Positions 34,496-42,110 of a stretch of DNA of 56,196 bases are shown one piece after another (the first letter of the stretch is position 1; each line of letters begins with the position of its first letter). The translations under genes and the position numbers were made by a program. The stretch lies in assembly GCA_964448525.1 (NCBI GenBank), contig CAYUXB010000001.1:1-56196 (forward strand). The letters are read 5' to 3'. The stretch is from an uncultured Acidimicrobiaceae bacterium (lineage in GTDB: Bacteria > Actinomycetota > Acidimicrobiia > Acidimicrobiales > VFJN01). Below the pieces are notes generated by a model. That model was not told where the DNA came from. It was given only the letters and a program-made list of their open reading frames with translations, and made no database searches.

Positions 34496-37144
34496 ATGCC
34501 GATGACCAACGCCGAGGATGCGGCTGTCGCTCCCCGCCGCGAGCGCGACATCGCCATCGTGGGGATGGCGTGTGTGATGCCGGGCGCACCCGACGTCGAG
34601 ACGTTCTGGTCCAACATCCTCGACGGGGTCGACTCCGTGACCGAGGTGCCCGAGTCGCGGTGGGTCCACGCCGCCCACTACGACCCGGGTCCCGAGCCGT
34701 CCGACCGGGCCGGCAGCGAGCCGCTGTCGGTGTCCAAGTGGGGCGGCTTCGTGCCGGACGTCGGTTTCGACGCGCTGCGGTGGGGAATCCCGCCCGCCAG
34801 CCTCGCCAGCATCGATCCCGCCCAGCTCATGGCCCTGAAGGCCGCGACCGACGCCCTCGACGACGCGGGCTACCACGACGGCGACTTCGACCGCGAGCGC
34901 ACGTCCGTCGTGGTCGCCACGGGGTCCGGCGGCGCGTCCGACCTGCCGGCCGGGTTCCTGCTCCGCCTCCTGCTGCGCACCCACGGCATCCCACACGCGG
35001 ACCTCCCACCCGAGCTCGACGCGTTCCTGCCCGAACTGACCGAGGACGGCCTCCCCGGCGTCCTCACCTCGGTCATCGCCGGCCGCATCGCCAACCGGCT
35101 CGACCTCGGCGGCAAGAACCTGACCGTCGATTCGGCCTGCGCGTCGGTGCTCGTCGCGCTCGACATCGCCTGCAACGAGCTGACCTCCCGGTCGAGCGAG
35201 ATCGTCCTGCTCGGCGCCGTCGACCTGCACAACGGCCCCCAGGACTACGTGAGCTTCAGCGCCGCCCAGGCGCTGTCCCGCAGTGGGCGATGCCGCTCGT
35301 TCGACACGTCGGCCGACGGCATGACCCTGGCCGAGGGCGTCGGCTGCCTCGTCCTGAAGCGCCTCGCCGACGCCGAGCGCGACGGCGACCGCATCTACGC
35401 GGTCGTGCGCGGGGTGGCGGGCTCGTCGGACGGTCGCCATCTGGGCCTCACCGCGCCGAACCAGGCCGGGCAGGTCAAGGCCGTGGCCCGCACCTACGTC
35501 GAGGCCGGCATGTCACCCGCCGAGGTCGGGCTGGTCGAGGCGCATGGCACCGGCACGCCGACGGGCGACCGCATCGAGCTCGGCACGACCACCGAGGTCT
35601 TCACGGCCGCCGGCGCCGCGCCCGGCTCGGTCGTCCTCGGGTCGGTGAAGTCGAACATCGGGCACGTGAAGTGCGCGGCCGGCATCGCCTCGCTCATCAA
35701 GGCCGCGAAGGCGCTCTACCACGGCGTGCAGCCGCCCACGCTGCACATCGAGGAGCCCATCGACGTGTGGGACCCCGACACCAGCCCGTTCGTGTTCCTC
35801 GACCGTGCTCGCCCGTGGGTGGACGACCGGAGAGTGGCCGCCGTGTCGGGCTTCGGGTTCGGGGGCACGAACTTCCACGCGGTCATGGAGGACAACGGGA
35901 CGCCCGCGGAGGTCGCGGAGGTCGCGGCGGAGGCCGTGACCGGGCGCCACCACTGGCCCGCGGAGCTGGTGGCAGTCCGGGCCGGCGACGACGCCGAGCT
36001 CGCGGCACGGCTGGACGCGCTCGCGGCGCGGCTCGCGGCGGCCCGGCGGGACACCGCGGCGGACCGCTGGCGCCTGCGGGACATCGCCGCTGCCGAATCC
36101 GCCCGCAACGAGACGGCACCCGTGCGGCTGGCGATCGTGGCCCACGACCTCGACGACCTCGCCGCCAAGGTGGCCGCCGCGGTCGCCGGAGAGGAGGCGG
36201 AGGGCGTGCATCGCCCCGGTGCGCTGGGCCCCGACGGCGGCACCGACGGGGTCGTGCCGGTCACGTTCCTGCTCCCGGGGGGCGCCGCGGCGACCCGGTC
36301 GATGGGGGCCGACCTGCTGGTGGCCTTCCCGCCGCTGCGCGACGTCCTGCGCTCCGGCCGACAGTGGATCGACGCCATGTTCCCCCCGAAGGCGTTCGGC
36401 GACGCCCGGCGTCGCCACGACGCCGCACTGGCGGAGGTGGCGGAGCCTGCGGTCGCGCTCGCCGGCCTCGTCCACACCGGCGCGCTCGGGATGGTGGGGG
36501 TCGTCCCCGACCACGTCGTCGGCGGCGGGCGTCCCTGGCCCGACGGTGCAGACGGCGGCCACGACGACGAGGCCCGGGTCGCCGAGCAGGTCCGGGCTCT
36601 GCACGAGGCCGGCGTCCGGGTGTTCGTCGAGGCCGGCCCGGGCGACGCGTTGACCGCCCTCGTCGGTCGCGTCCTCGGCGCCGCGCCCCACCTCGCCATC
36701 CCCCTCGATCGGGCCGGCGAGCACGGGGTCACGGGCCTCCTGCGGGCCGTGGCCGACCTGGCCGTCGCCGGGCTGCCCGTCGACCTCGCCGCCCTGCACG
36801 CGGGTCGGGACTCCGACCCGGCCCGGTGGGACGACCCGCCCCGCGCCCCCGGCTGGGTCGTGAACGGGCATTGCGCCCGAACGGCCGCGGGCGACCCGCT
36901 GCCCAAGGGCCTGCGCCCCGCCACCGGCGCCCCACCGCTCCACATCGCCGGCACGGTGGCCCCCGCGGCAGGTCCTCTGCCCGGCCCGATGACCTCGACC
37001 GGCGACGCCTTGCCGAACGGCTTGGCGCCGGGCGACGTCGCGGTCGTCGCCGAGTACCTGCGCATCCTCCAGGGCGTCATCACCGCGGGCAGCGACATCG
37101 TGCGGGGCCAGGTGGCCGCCCAGGCCGGCGCGGAGAACAACTGA
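34496..37144 (+). CDS. Type I PKS subunit: intact ketosynthase followed by a vestigial (internally deleted, Ser-less) acyltransferase scaffold; no ACP
   Basis: KS motifs DIAIVGMACVMPG, VDSACASVLVAL (Cys codon 35138-35140), EAHGTGTPTGD, SNIGHVKCAAG. The post-KS region is colinear with the large PKS, but FLFPGQGSQ is replaced by FLLPGGAAA and the GHSxG region is absent. Confidence 0.9.
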   Translation: MPMTNAEDAAVAPRRERDIAIVGMACVMPGAPDVETFWSNILDGVDSVTEVPESRWVHAAHYDPGPEPSDRAGSEPLSVSKWGGFVPDVGFDALRWGIPPASLASIDPAQLMALKAATDALDDAGYHDGDFDRERTSVVVATGSGGASDLPAGFLLRLLLRTHGIPHADLPPELDAFLPELTEDGLPGVLTSVIAGRIANRLDLGGKNLTVDSACASVLVALDIACNELTSRSSEIVLLGAVDLHNGPQDYVSFSAAQALSRSGRCRSFDTSADGMTLAEGVGCLVLKRLADAERDGDRIYAVVRGVAGSSDGRHLGLTAPNQAGQVKAVARTYVEAGMSPAEVGLVEAHGTGTPTGDRIELGTTTEVFTAAGAAPGSVVLGSVKSNIGHVKCAAGIASLIKAAKALYHGVQPPTLHIEEPIDVWDPDTSPFVFLDRARPWVDDRRVAAVSGFGFGGTNFHAVMEDNGTPAEVAEVAAEAVTGRHHWPAELVAVRAGDDAELAARLDALAARLAAARRDTAADRWRLRDIAAAESARNETAPVRLAIVAHDLDDLAAKVAAAVAGEEAEGVHRPGALGPDGGTDGVVPVTFLLPGGAAATRSMGADLLVAFPPLRDVLRSGRQWIDAMFPPKAFGDARRRHDAALAEVAEPAVALAGLVHTGALGMVGVVPDHVVGGGRPWPDGADGGHDDEARVAEQVRALHEAGVRVFVEAGPGDALTALVGRVLGAAPHLAIPLDRAGEHGVTGLLRAVADLAVAGLPVDLAALHAGRDSDPARWDDPPRAPGWVVNGHCARTAAGDPLPKGLRPATGAPPLHIAGTVAPAAGPLPGPMTSTGDALPNGLAPGDVAVVAEYLRILQGVITAGSDIVRGQVAAQAGAENN
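34547..35893 (+). other. KS domain of PKS subunit 1
   Basis: Motifs as above. Boundaries are approximate. Confidence 0.8.
36250..36810 (+). other. Degenerate AT remnant of PKS subunit 1
   Basis: VTFLLPGGAAATRSMGADLLVAFPPLRDVL...VVPDHVVGGGRPWPDG...VRVFVEAGPGDALTALV aligns by eye to both ends of the intact AT in the 2503-aa PKS. About 200 aa of the core are missing. Confidence 0.65.
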
Positions 37145-40100
37145 TGGCCGCCGCCGACCCCCGCCTCCTGTGGCTGTCCGGCGCGGACACCGAGGCCCTC
37201 GCCGACCAGCTCGCCCACCTCGATGCCGGCCAGACCTTCGCCACCGCGGCCGAACCGGACGGCGATCACGGCGCCGATGCAGCAGGCCGCGCCCCGACAC
37301 GCGACGGCGTGACGATCGAACCCGGCCGGGCCCGGCTCGGCATCGTCGACCCCGACGAGCGCAAGTTGCGGCTCGCGCGCCGCATCCTCGCCGAGGGTGC
37401 CGCCTGGCGGGGGCGCAGCGACATCTGGTTCCGCCCTGCTGGGCTCGGGGCCACGGGCAAGCTCGCGTTCGTGTTCCCCGGTGTCGAGCCCACCTTCGGG
37501 GTCGCCGAGATGGGCCTCCCGGCCCTCGGCGCCCGGTTCGGCCTCGTCGCGCCGGAGGTCGACGACGACACGATCGCCCACCGCAGCGCGTCGATCTACC
37601 GCACCGGCAACTTCCTCGGGCAGGTTCTGCAGGCGATCGGCCTCGCCCCCGACGTCATCGCGGGCCACAGCATCGGCGAGTGGAGCGGCTCGGTGGCCGC
37701 CGGGATCATCCCGGCCGACCACGCCGCCGACCTGCTCGAGGTCGTCGACCTCTCCGCGGTCGAGCTGCCCGACCTCGACTTCGCCGCGTTCGCCGCCGGT
37801 GTCGACGCGGTGCGGCCCGTGATCGACGAGCTGCCCGACATCGTCGTGTCGCACGACAACTCGCCCGGGCAGTCGATCGCCTGCGGCCGGCCCGCCCAGG
37901 TCGACGAGGCTCTGGCGAGGCTGCGCGACCGGCGGATCCTCGGCTACAAGCTGGGCTTCCAGTCCGGTTTCCACACCCCGGCGATGGCGGACAGCCTGCC
38001 GACGTTCCGCAGCCACCTCGAACGCATGGAGGTCGGCGCCGGGCACACCCCGATGTGGTCCGCCACCACGGTCGACCGCTACCCCACCGCGCCCGCCGAG
38101 ATCATCGACCTGCACCTGCGGCACCTCATGGAGCCCGTCCGGTTCCGCCCGCTGGTCGAGCGGCTGTACCACGACGTCGGCGTCCGCGTCTTCCTACAGG
38201 TGGGTGCCGGCAGCCTCACCAGCTTCGTGGCCGACACGCTCGACGGCCTCGACCACGCGGCGGTGGCGATGCTGGCCCCGCGCCGCTCGGCGATCGAGCA
38301 GACGCACCGGGCGCTCACCGCGCTGTGGGTCGAGGGTGTCGACGTCGCCCCCACCGCCTTGCTCGGTGCGGAGCCCGGGGAGCCGACGGCGGCTCCCCCG
38401 CGCCAGCCCGTCCCGGTCGGTTCCCCCCAGCCCGTCCCGGTCGGTTCCCCATCGACGGACCCGAGCGAGAGCTCCCGGGGGCTGCCCGAGGTCGCTGCCG
38501 TGCCGGCCGCCGTTGCGGTCGCCGAGCGGCCGTCGGTGCACGTCCCGACCTCGGCCCGGGCCGAGGTCGCCGGCGCCATCATCTCACCGGCCCGAACCGA
38601 GGACGCGGGCACGGTCGTCTCGCCGGCCGTCCTCGGCGCCGCGGCCGACATGCTCACTGCGGCCGCCCGCACCGGCCAGGACGTGCTCGATGCGCTGATC
38701 GCCCGCCTCGCGCCGACGACCAGCAAGCCGTCGCCTCCGGTTCCGTCGACACCGTCACCGGCGCCGTGGACCGCCTGTCCGGCCGAGCCCTGGCCCGACG
38801 GCCCCCGCACGATCCGCCGGATGCTGTCGCTCGAGACCATGCCCGAGACGCTCGATCACACCCTCTACACGGTGGCCGAGGGGTGGCCCGACGTCTCGGA
38901 CCGGTTCCCGATCGTGGCGATGACCACGCAGCTCCAACTGCTCGAGGACATCGCCTCGACGTACGCCGGTGGCCGCGACGTCGTCGAGCTGTTCGGGGTG
39001 CGCAACTACCGCTGGCTCGACATCTCCGATCCGCTCGACCTCGAGATCACCGTCACGCCGAAGGGCGATGACGTCCTGATGATCGCCCTCGGCCCGTACT
39101 GCCGGGCCAACGTGCGGGTCGGCACCTTCTCGACCGCGCCCCGATACGACGACCCGCCGCTCGTCAACCCTCGGCCCACCGTGCACACCGCCCAGGAGAT
39201 GTTCGACCTCCGGTTGATGTTCCACGGTCCCGGGTTCCAGGGCATCCCCGCCATGGGGCCGATCGGCGACGACGGCATGTTGGGCACCTTCGACAACCTG
39301 GCCACGCCAGGATCGCTGCTCGACAACCTCGGCAAGCTGATCGCCTACTGGGCGATCGACTTCGGCGGCGTCGGCGAAGCGGCGCTGCCGAGCGGCGTGG
39401 CGCGGGTGGAGTGGTTCGGCCCCAAGCCGGCGCCGGGCGTCGAGGTGCGCTGCGACATCCGCATGGTCGAACAGCAGCGTGACCTCGTCCGGGCCGACGG
39501 TGTGCTGATCCTGCCGGACGGATCGATCCTCGCGCGGGTGGAGGGCTGGACGTCGATCCTGTTCCACCTCGACGAGCTGATGGAGCCGCTGCACCACGAT
39601 CCCGGCCACAACGACGTGGCCGAGGCGCAGCCGGGAGGCTGGTACGTCGTCCGCGAGCGCTGGCCCACGGGCCCCGCCCGAGACCTCACCGCGAGGCGCT
39701 ACCTCGACCGCGCAGAACGCGCCCACTACGCGACGCTCAACCTTCTCGAGCAGCGGCGCTGGCTCATCGACGTCATCGCGGCCAAGGACGCCGTGCGCCA
39801 CTGGCTGCGCGACACCTTCGGCATCGCCTGCTTCCCCGTCGAGGTCACGCTGATCCCGGACGGCGAGAAGCGCTTCCGGGTCGCCTGTGGCCGCATCCCC
39901 GCGGGCCACGACCCCCGGGTCACGCTGTGCCCCCACGACTGGACCGCGGTCGCGACGATCGGCGATGGCGTCGACCGCGACATCGAGGCCGTCGCCGTCG
40001 CCGACCATGCCGACGCGGGGGCCGCGGCCCTCGCCGCGAGTGCCGCCGTGGCCGCCCGCAACCCGGGCGTGCCGGTGTCGCACATCGAGCGCCCGCAGGT

Positions 40101-40161
40101 CGACGTGCCCAGCCGCCTGGAGGTTCCTCCCCCGCCACCGTTCGCCGTCGCCTGGACCTGA
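37144..40161 (+). CDS. Type I PKS subunit: acyltransferase, PS-type dehydratase, and a C-terminal 4'-phosphopantetheinyl-transferase-like half-domain
   Basis: ATG 37144 overlaps the upstream stop (TGATG). AT motifs are FVFPGVEPTFG and AGHSIGEWS (Ser codon 37669-37671). DH motifs are LDHTLYTVAEGWPDVSDRFPIV (HxxxGxxxxP-like) and MFHGPGFQG. The C-terminus reads RRWLIDVIAAKDAVRHWL...FPVEVTLIPDGEKRFRV. The upstream half of the 1919-aa track ORF is off-frame junk over the KS gene. Confidence 0.88.
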   Translation: MAAADPRLLWLSGADTEALADQLAHLDAGQTFATAAEPDGDHGADAAGRAPTRDGVTIEPGRARLGIVDPDERKLRLARRILAEGAAWRGRSDIWFRPAGLGATGKLAFVFPGVEPTFGVAEMGLPALGARFGLVAPEVDDDTIAHRSASIYRTGNFLGQVLQAIGLAPDVIAGHSIGEWSGSVAAGIIPADHAADLLEVVDLSAVELPDLDFAAFAAGVDAVRPVIDELPDIVVSHDNSPGQSIACGRPAQVDEALARLRDRRILGYKLGFQSGFHTPAMADSLPTFRSHLERMEVGAGHTPMWSATTVDRYPTAPAEIIDLHLRHLMEPVRFRPLVERLYHDVGVRVFLQVGAGSLTSFVADTLDGLDHAAVAMLAPRRSAIEQTHRALTALWVEGVDVAPTALLGAEPGEPTAAPPRQPVPVGSPQPVPVGSPSTDPSESSRGLPEVAAVPAAVAVAERPSVHVPTSARAEVAGAIISPARTEDAGTVVSPAVLGAAADMLTAAARTGQDVLDALIARLAPTTSKPSPPVPSTPSPAPWTACPAEPWPDGPRTIRRMLSLETMPETLDHTLYTVAEGWPDVSDRFPIVAMTTQLQLLEDIASTYAGGRDVVELFGVRNYRWLDISDPLDLEITVTPKGDDVLMIALGPYCRANVRVGTFSTAPRYDDPPLVNPRPTVHTAQEMFDLRLMFHGPGFQGIPAMGPIGDDGMLGTFDNLATPGSLLDNLGKLIAYWAIDFGGVGEAALPSGVARVEWFGPKPAPGVEVRCDIRMVEQQRDLVRADGVLILPDGSILARVEGWTSILFHLDELMEPLHHDPGHNDVAEAQPGGWYVVRERWPTGPARDLTARRYLDRAERAHYATLNLLEQRRWLIDVIAAKDAVRHWLRDTFGIACFPVEVTLIPDGEKRFRVACGRIPAGHDPRVTLCPHDWTAVATIGDGVDRDIEAVAVADHADAGAAALAASAAVAARNPGVPVSHIERPQVDVPSRLEVPPPPPFAVAWT
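37459..38350 (+). other. AT domain (intact GHSxG) of PKS subunit 2
   Basis: See the CDS evidence. Boundaries are approximate. Confidence 0.8.
38404..38451 (+). repeat. Tandem 24-bp in-frame duplication (23/24 identical) encoding QPVPVGSP twice in the AT-DH linker
   Basis: cagcccgtcccggtcggttccccc followed by cagcccgtcccggtcggttcccca. Confidence 0.9.
38806..39590 (+). other. PS-DH (double hot-dog) dehydratase domain of PKS subunit 2
   Basis: His codon at 38857-38859 in LDHTL. Downstream D-containing LLDNLGKLIAYW region. Boundaries are approximate. Confidence 0.65.
39634..40005 (+). other. PPTase-like C-terminal half-domain of PKS subunit 2
   Basis: AAKDAVRHW resembles the (W/A)xKEAxxK motif of ACPS-superfamily enzymes, followed by a beta-strand-like EVTLIPDGEKRFRV. 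The Mg-binding acidic residues have not been verified. Confidence 0.45.
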
Positions 40162-40164
40162 CCC

Positions 40165-40187
40165 GGGCGGTCGCCCGCCCTTCTCTC
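40165..40187 (+). terminator. Intrinsic-terminator-like hairpin GGGCGG-tcgc-CCGCCC followed by TTCTCTC, 4 nt after the PKS subunit 2 stop
   Basis: Read directly. It lies between convergent genes ending at 40161 (+) and 40197 (-). Confidence 0.55.
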
Positions 40188-40196
40188 AGCGGCCTC

Positions 40197-42107
40197 TCAG
40201 CGGCGGCGGGCGATCACGCGGTAGGCGTTGCCCGGCGCCGTGGTGCCGGGGCGGCGCAGCGGCGCGTCCTTCACCACGTCCACCAGCGCGGCGACCGCGC
40301 ACGCGGGCACCGCCGCGGTCAGCACCACAGCGCGCCTGGCCCGGTCGACGAAGGTGGGCGGCGGCCGCCAGGGCGAACGCGGGTCCGGGGCGGCGCGGTT
40401 GACCCAGAACGTCACGGCGGAGGTGATGTCCATCCCCTCCCCCGCCGGGCCCCGCTCCACGGACACCACGTCGAAGCCGACGTCGTCCAGCGCGGCGACC
40501 AGGTTCTCGCACGTCACGAAGTGCTGGTGCTGCGGTTGGAACCAGCAGCGCCAGTAACGGCCGAGCCGGCGGGACCACGGCGAGTCGATGTCGGGACCCT
40601 CGATCATCAGGTGACCGCCGGCATCGAGCACCTTGGCCGCCGCCGCGAGCTCCGCGCGCGGGTCGCGGGTGTGTTCGAGGTAGTGGTGCATGCTCACCAC
40701 GTCGTAGGAGCGGGGCAGGTTGCCGGCCAGGTCGGGGAACAGGCCCCGATAGCCCGAGTCGATCCAGCCCCGCCGGGCTGCCTCGGTGACCGATTCGCTC
40801 AGGTCGAGGCCGTCGATGCGCAGCTCGGGCCACCGCTCGCGCGCCATGAGGCAGAAGTGCCCGTGGCCGGTGCCCACGTCGAGCCAGGCCGTCGGTTCGG
40901 CGAACCGGGCCAGGGCCTCGGTCCGCTTGCGGTACGCGCCGCCCATCGCCGCGAACGCGAACTCCCACGGTTCCTCGCCCGCGCCCTCGTAGAACTCGTC
41001 GTAGTAGTGGTCGAGACCACGGAGCGACAGCGCGGGGTTCTGGAACACGTGCCCGCAATCGGTGCACTCGTCCAGGTGGAACCGGCCGGGCTTGTGCTGC
41101 AGCAGGTCGCTGGTGTCGAGCCGGCCGACGAGCGACGCCGATTCGCACCACGGGCACGTGCTGCGGGCGACCTCGAAGAGCACATCGGGCGACGCCGCGG
41201 CGGGCGGTGCCTCGCGCTCCCGGGCCGCGGCGAGCGAGGCGGTGACCGCCACCCCGGCGGTGCGCGCGTTGTCGACCAGTGCGCGCGGCAGACGCATGAG
41301 GCAGGCCCGGCTGAGGCGTCGCGGGCGCAGGGCGGATCGTCGCCCGTCAGCGCCCGTGGCGACAAGGGCGAGCGCCGGCTGCACGCTCCACGTGACGAGC
41401 GCGGCCGCGGCCGGAACCGGGGCCACGACGAGGCCGGCGGCCATGGCGACCAGGTGGGCGGCCGCGAGGCCGAGAAGGGCCGGCGCGAGCGCCCCGTGGG
41501 GACGGGCGAACGCTGTCAGCTCGTCGAGCTCGCGCCAGCGGTCGGCCGCCGTCGACGGCGAGCTCCACAGCGTCGGCGCGACCCGCACCACGGCCGATGT
41601 CGGTGCGTAGCGCTGCGCGTGCACCGTCTGACGGACCGCGTCGCCGCGGTCCCACCGTCCGTCCTCGCCCCCGCGAGCGGTCGGCGCACCGTCCCGTCCA
41701 CCCATCCGGGCCACGAGAGCGGTGGACAGCGCCAGCGTCTCGTGGGCCCCGCCCGGCGTGTGGAGCGGATCGGTGTGCAGCCGATCGGGGTCGACCCGCC
41801 GCAGCAGGCGGAGAGCACGGTCCACGGGCAGATCACCGGGGACCAGGTCCACGACCTCGACCCCGGCGCTCACCATCAGCTCGCCGACGGCGGCGCGCGT
41901 CGCCGGGTCGACCGATGTGCCGATCACCGTGACACCGCCACCGCCACCGCCACCGCCGATCGTGTCGGCGCGGCGTGGCGGCGTCAGCGCCACGAACCGC
42001 CGTGCCCGCCGCCGCAGGGCCACCGCCTCGACGAGGTGCCCGGCCGCCAGCGCCCACAGCACGCCCCGGGCGGCACGCACCGCCGGCGCGCGGGAGCCTG
42101 TCGCCAC
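40197..42107 (-). CDS. Fusion protein: unknown N-terminal domain plus Cys4 Zn-ribbon plus class I SAM methyltransferase (paralog 2 of 2)
   Basis: CPWCESASL...LDECTDCGHVFQNP, LDVGTGHGHFCLMARE, VVSMHHYLEHTRDP. Colinear with 27078..28967 along its whole length. Its start (42107) lies 1 nt downstream of the stop codon (42111-42113) of the 2503-aa PKS, so co-transcription is likely. Confidence 0.82.
   Translation of the reverse strand: MATGSRAPAVRAARGVLWALAAGHLVEAVALRRRARRFVALTPPRRADTIGGGGGGGGVTVIGTSVDPATRAAVGELMVSAGVEVVDLVPGDLPVDRALRLLRRVDPDRLHTDPLHTPGGAHETLALSTALVARMGGRDGAPTARGGEDGRWDRGDAVRQTVHAQRYAPTSAVVRVAPTLWSSPSTAADRWRELDELTAFARPHGALAPALLGLAAAHLVAMAAGLVVAPVPAAAALVTWSVQPALALVATGADGRRSALRPRRLSRACLMRLPRALVDNARTAGVAVTASLAAAREREAPPAAASPDVLFEVARSTCPWCESASLVGRLDTSDLLQHKPGRFHLDECTDCGHVFQNPALSLRGLDHYYDEFYEGAGEEPWEFAFAAMGGAYRKRTEALARFAEPTAWLDVGTGHGHFCLMARERWPELRIDGLDLSESVTEAARRGWIDSGYRGLFPDLAGNLPRSYDVVSMHHYLEHTRDPRAELAAAAKVLDAGGHLMIEGPDIDSPWSRRLGRYWRCWFQPQHQHFVTCENLVAALDDVGFDVVSVERGPAGEGMDITSAVTFWVNRAAPDPRSPWRPPPTFVDRARRAVVLTAAVPACAVAALVDVVKDAPLRRPGTTAPGNAYRVIARRR
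41933..41956. repeat. (CACCGC)x4 hexanucleotide microsatellite encoding Gly8 in the N-domain of paralog 2
   Basis: Read directly. The equivalent position in paralog 1 has no Gly run. Confidence 0.85.
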
Positions 42108-42110
42108 CGC

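Noticed and set aside
32816-35440. 874-aa minus-strand ORF spanning the hydrolase, the ACP-like gene, the promoter region and the KS gene
   Set aside because: It crosses a clear divergent promoter region and is antisense to the KS gene. It has arginine-rich composition and overlaps better-supported genes in other frames.
34402-37143. N-terminal half of the 1919-aa plus-strand ORF (34402..40161)
   Set aside because: This stretch is an off-frame read-through over the KS gene (34496..37144) and translates to R/P/G-rich sequence. Recognisable AT sequence in this frame begins only at ATG 37144, which overlaps the KS-gene stop (TGATG).
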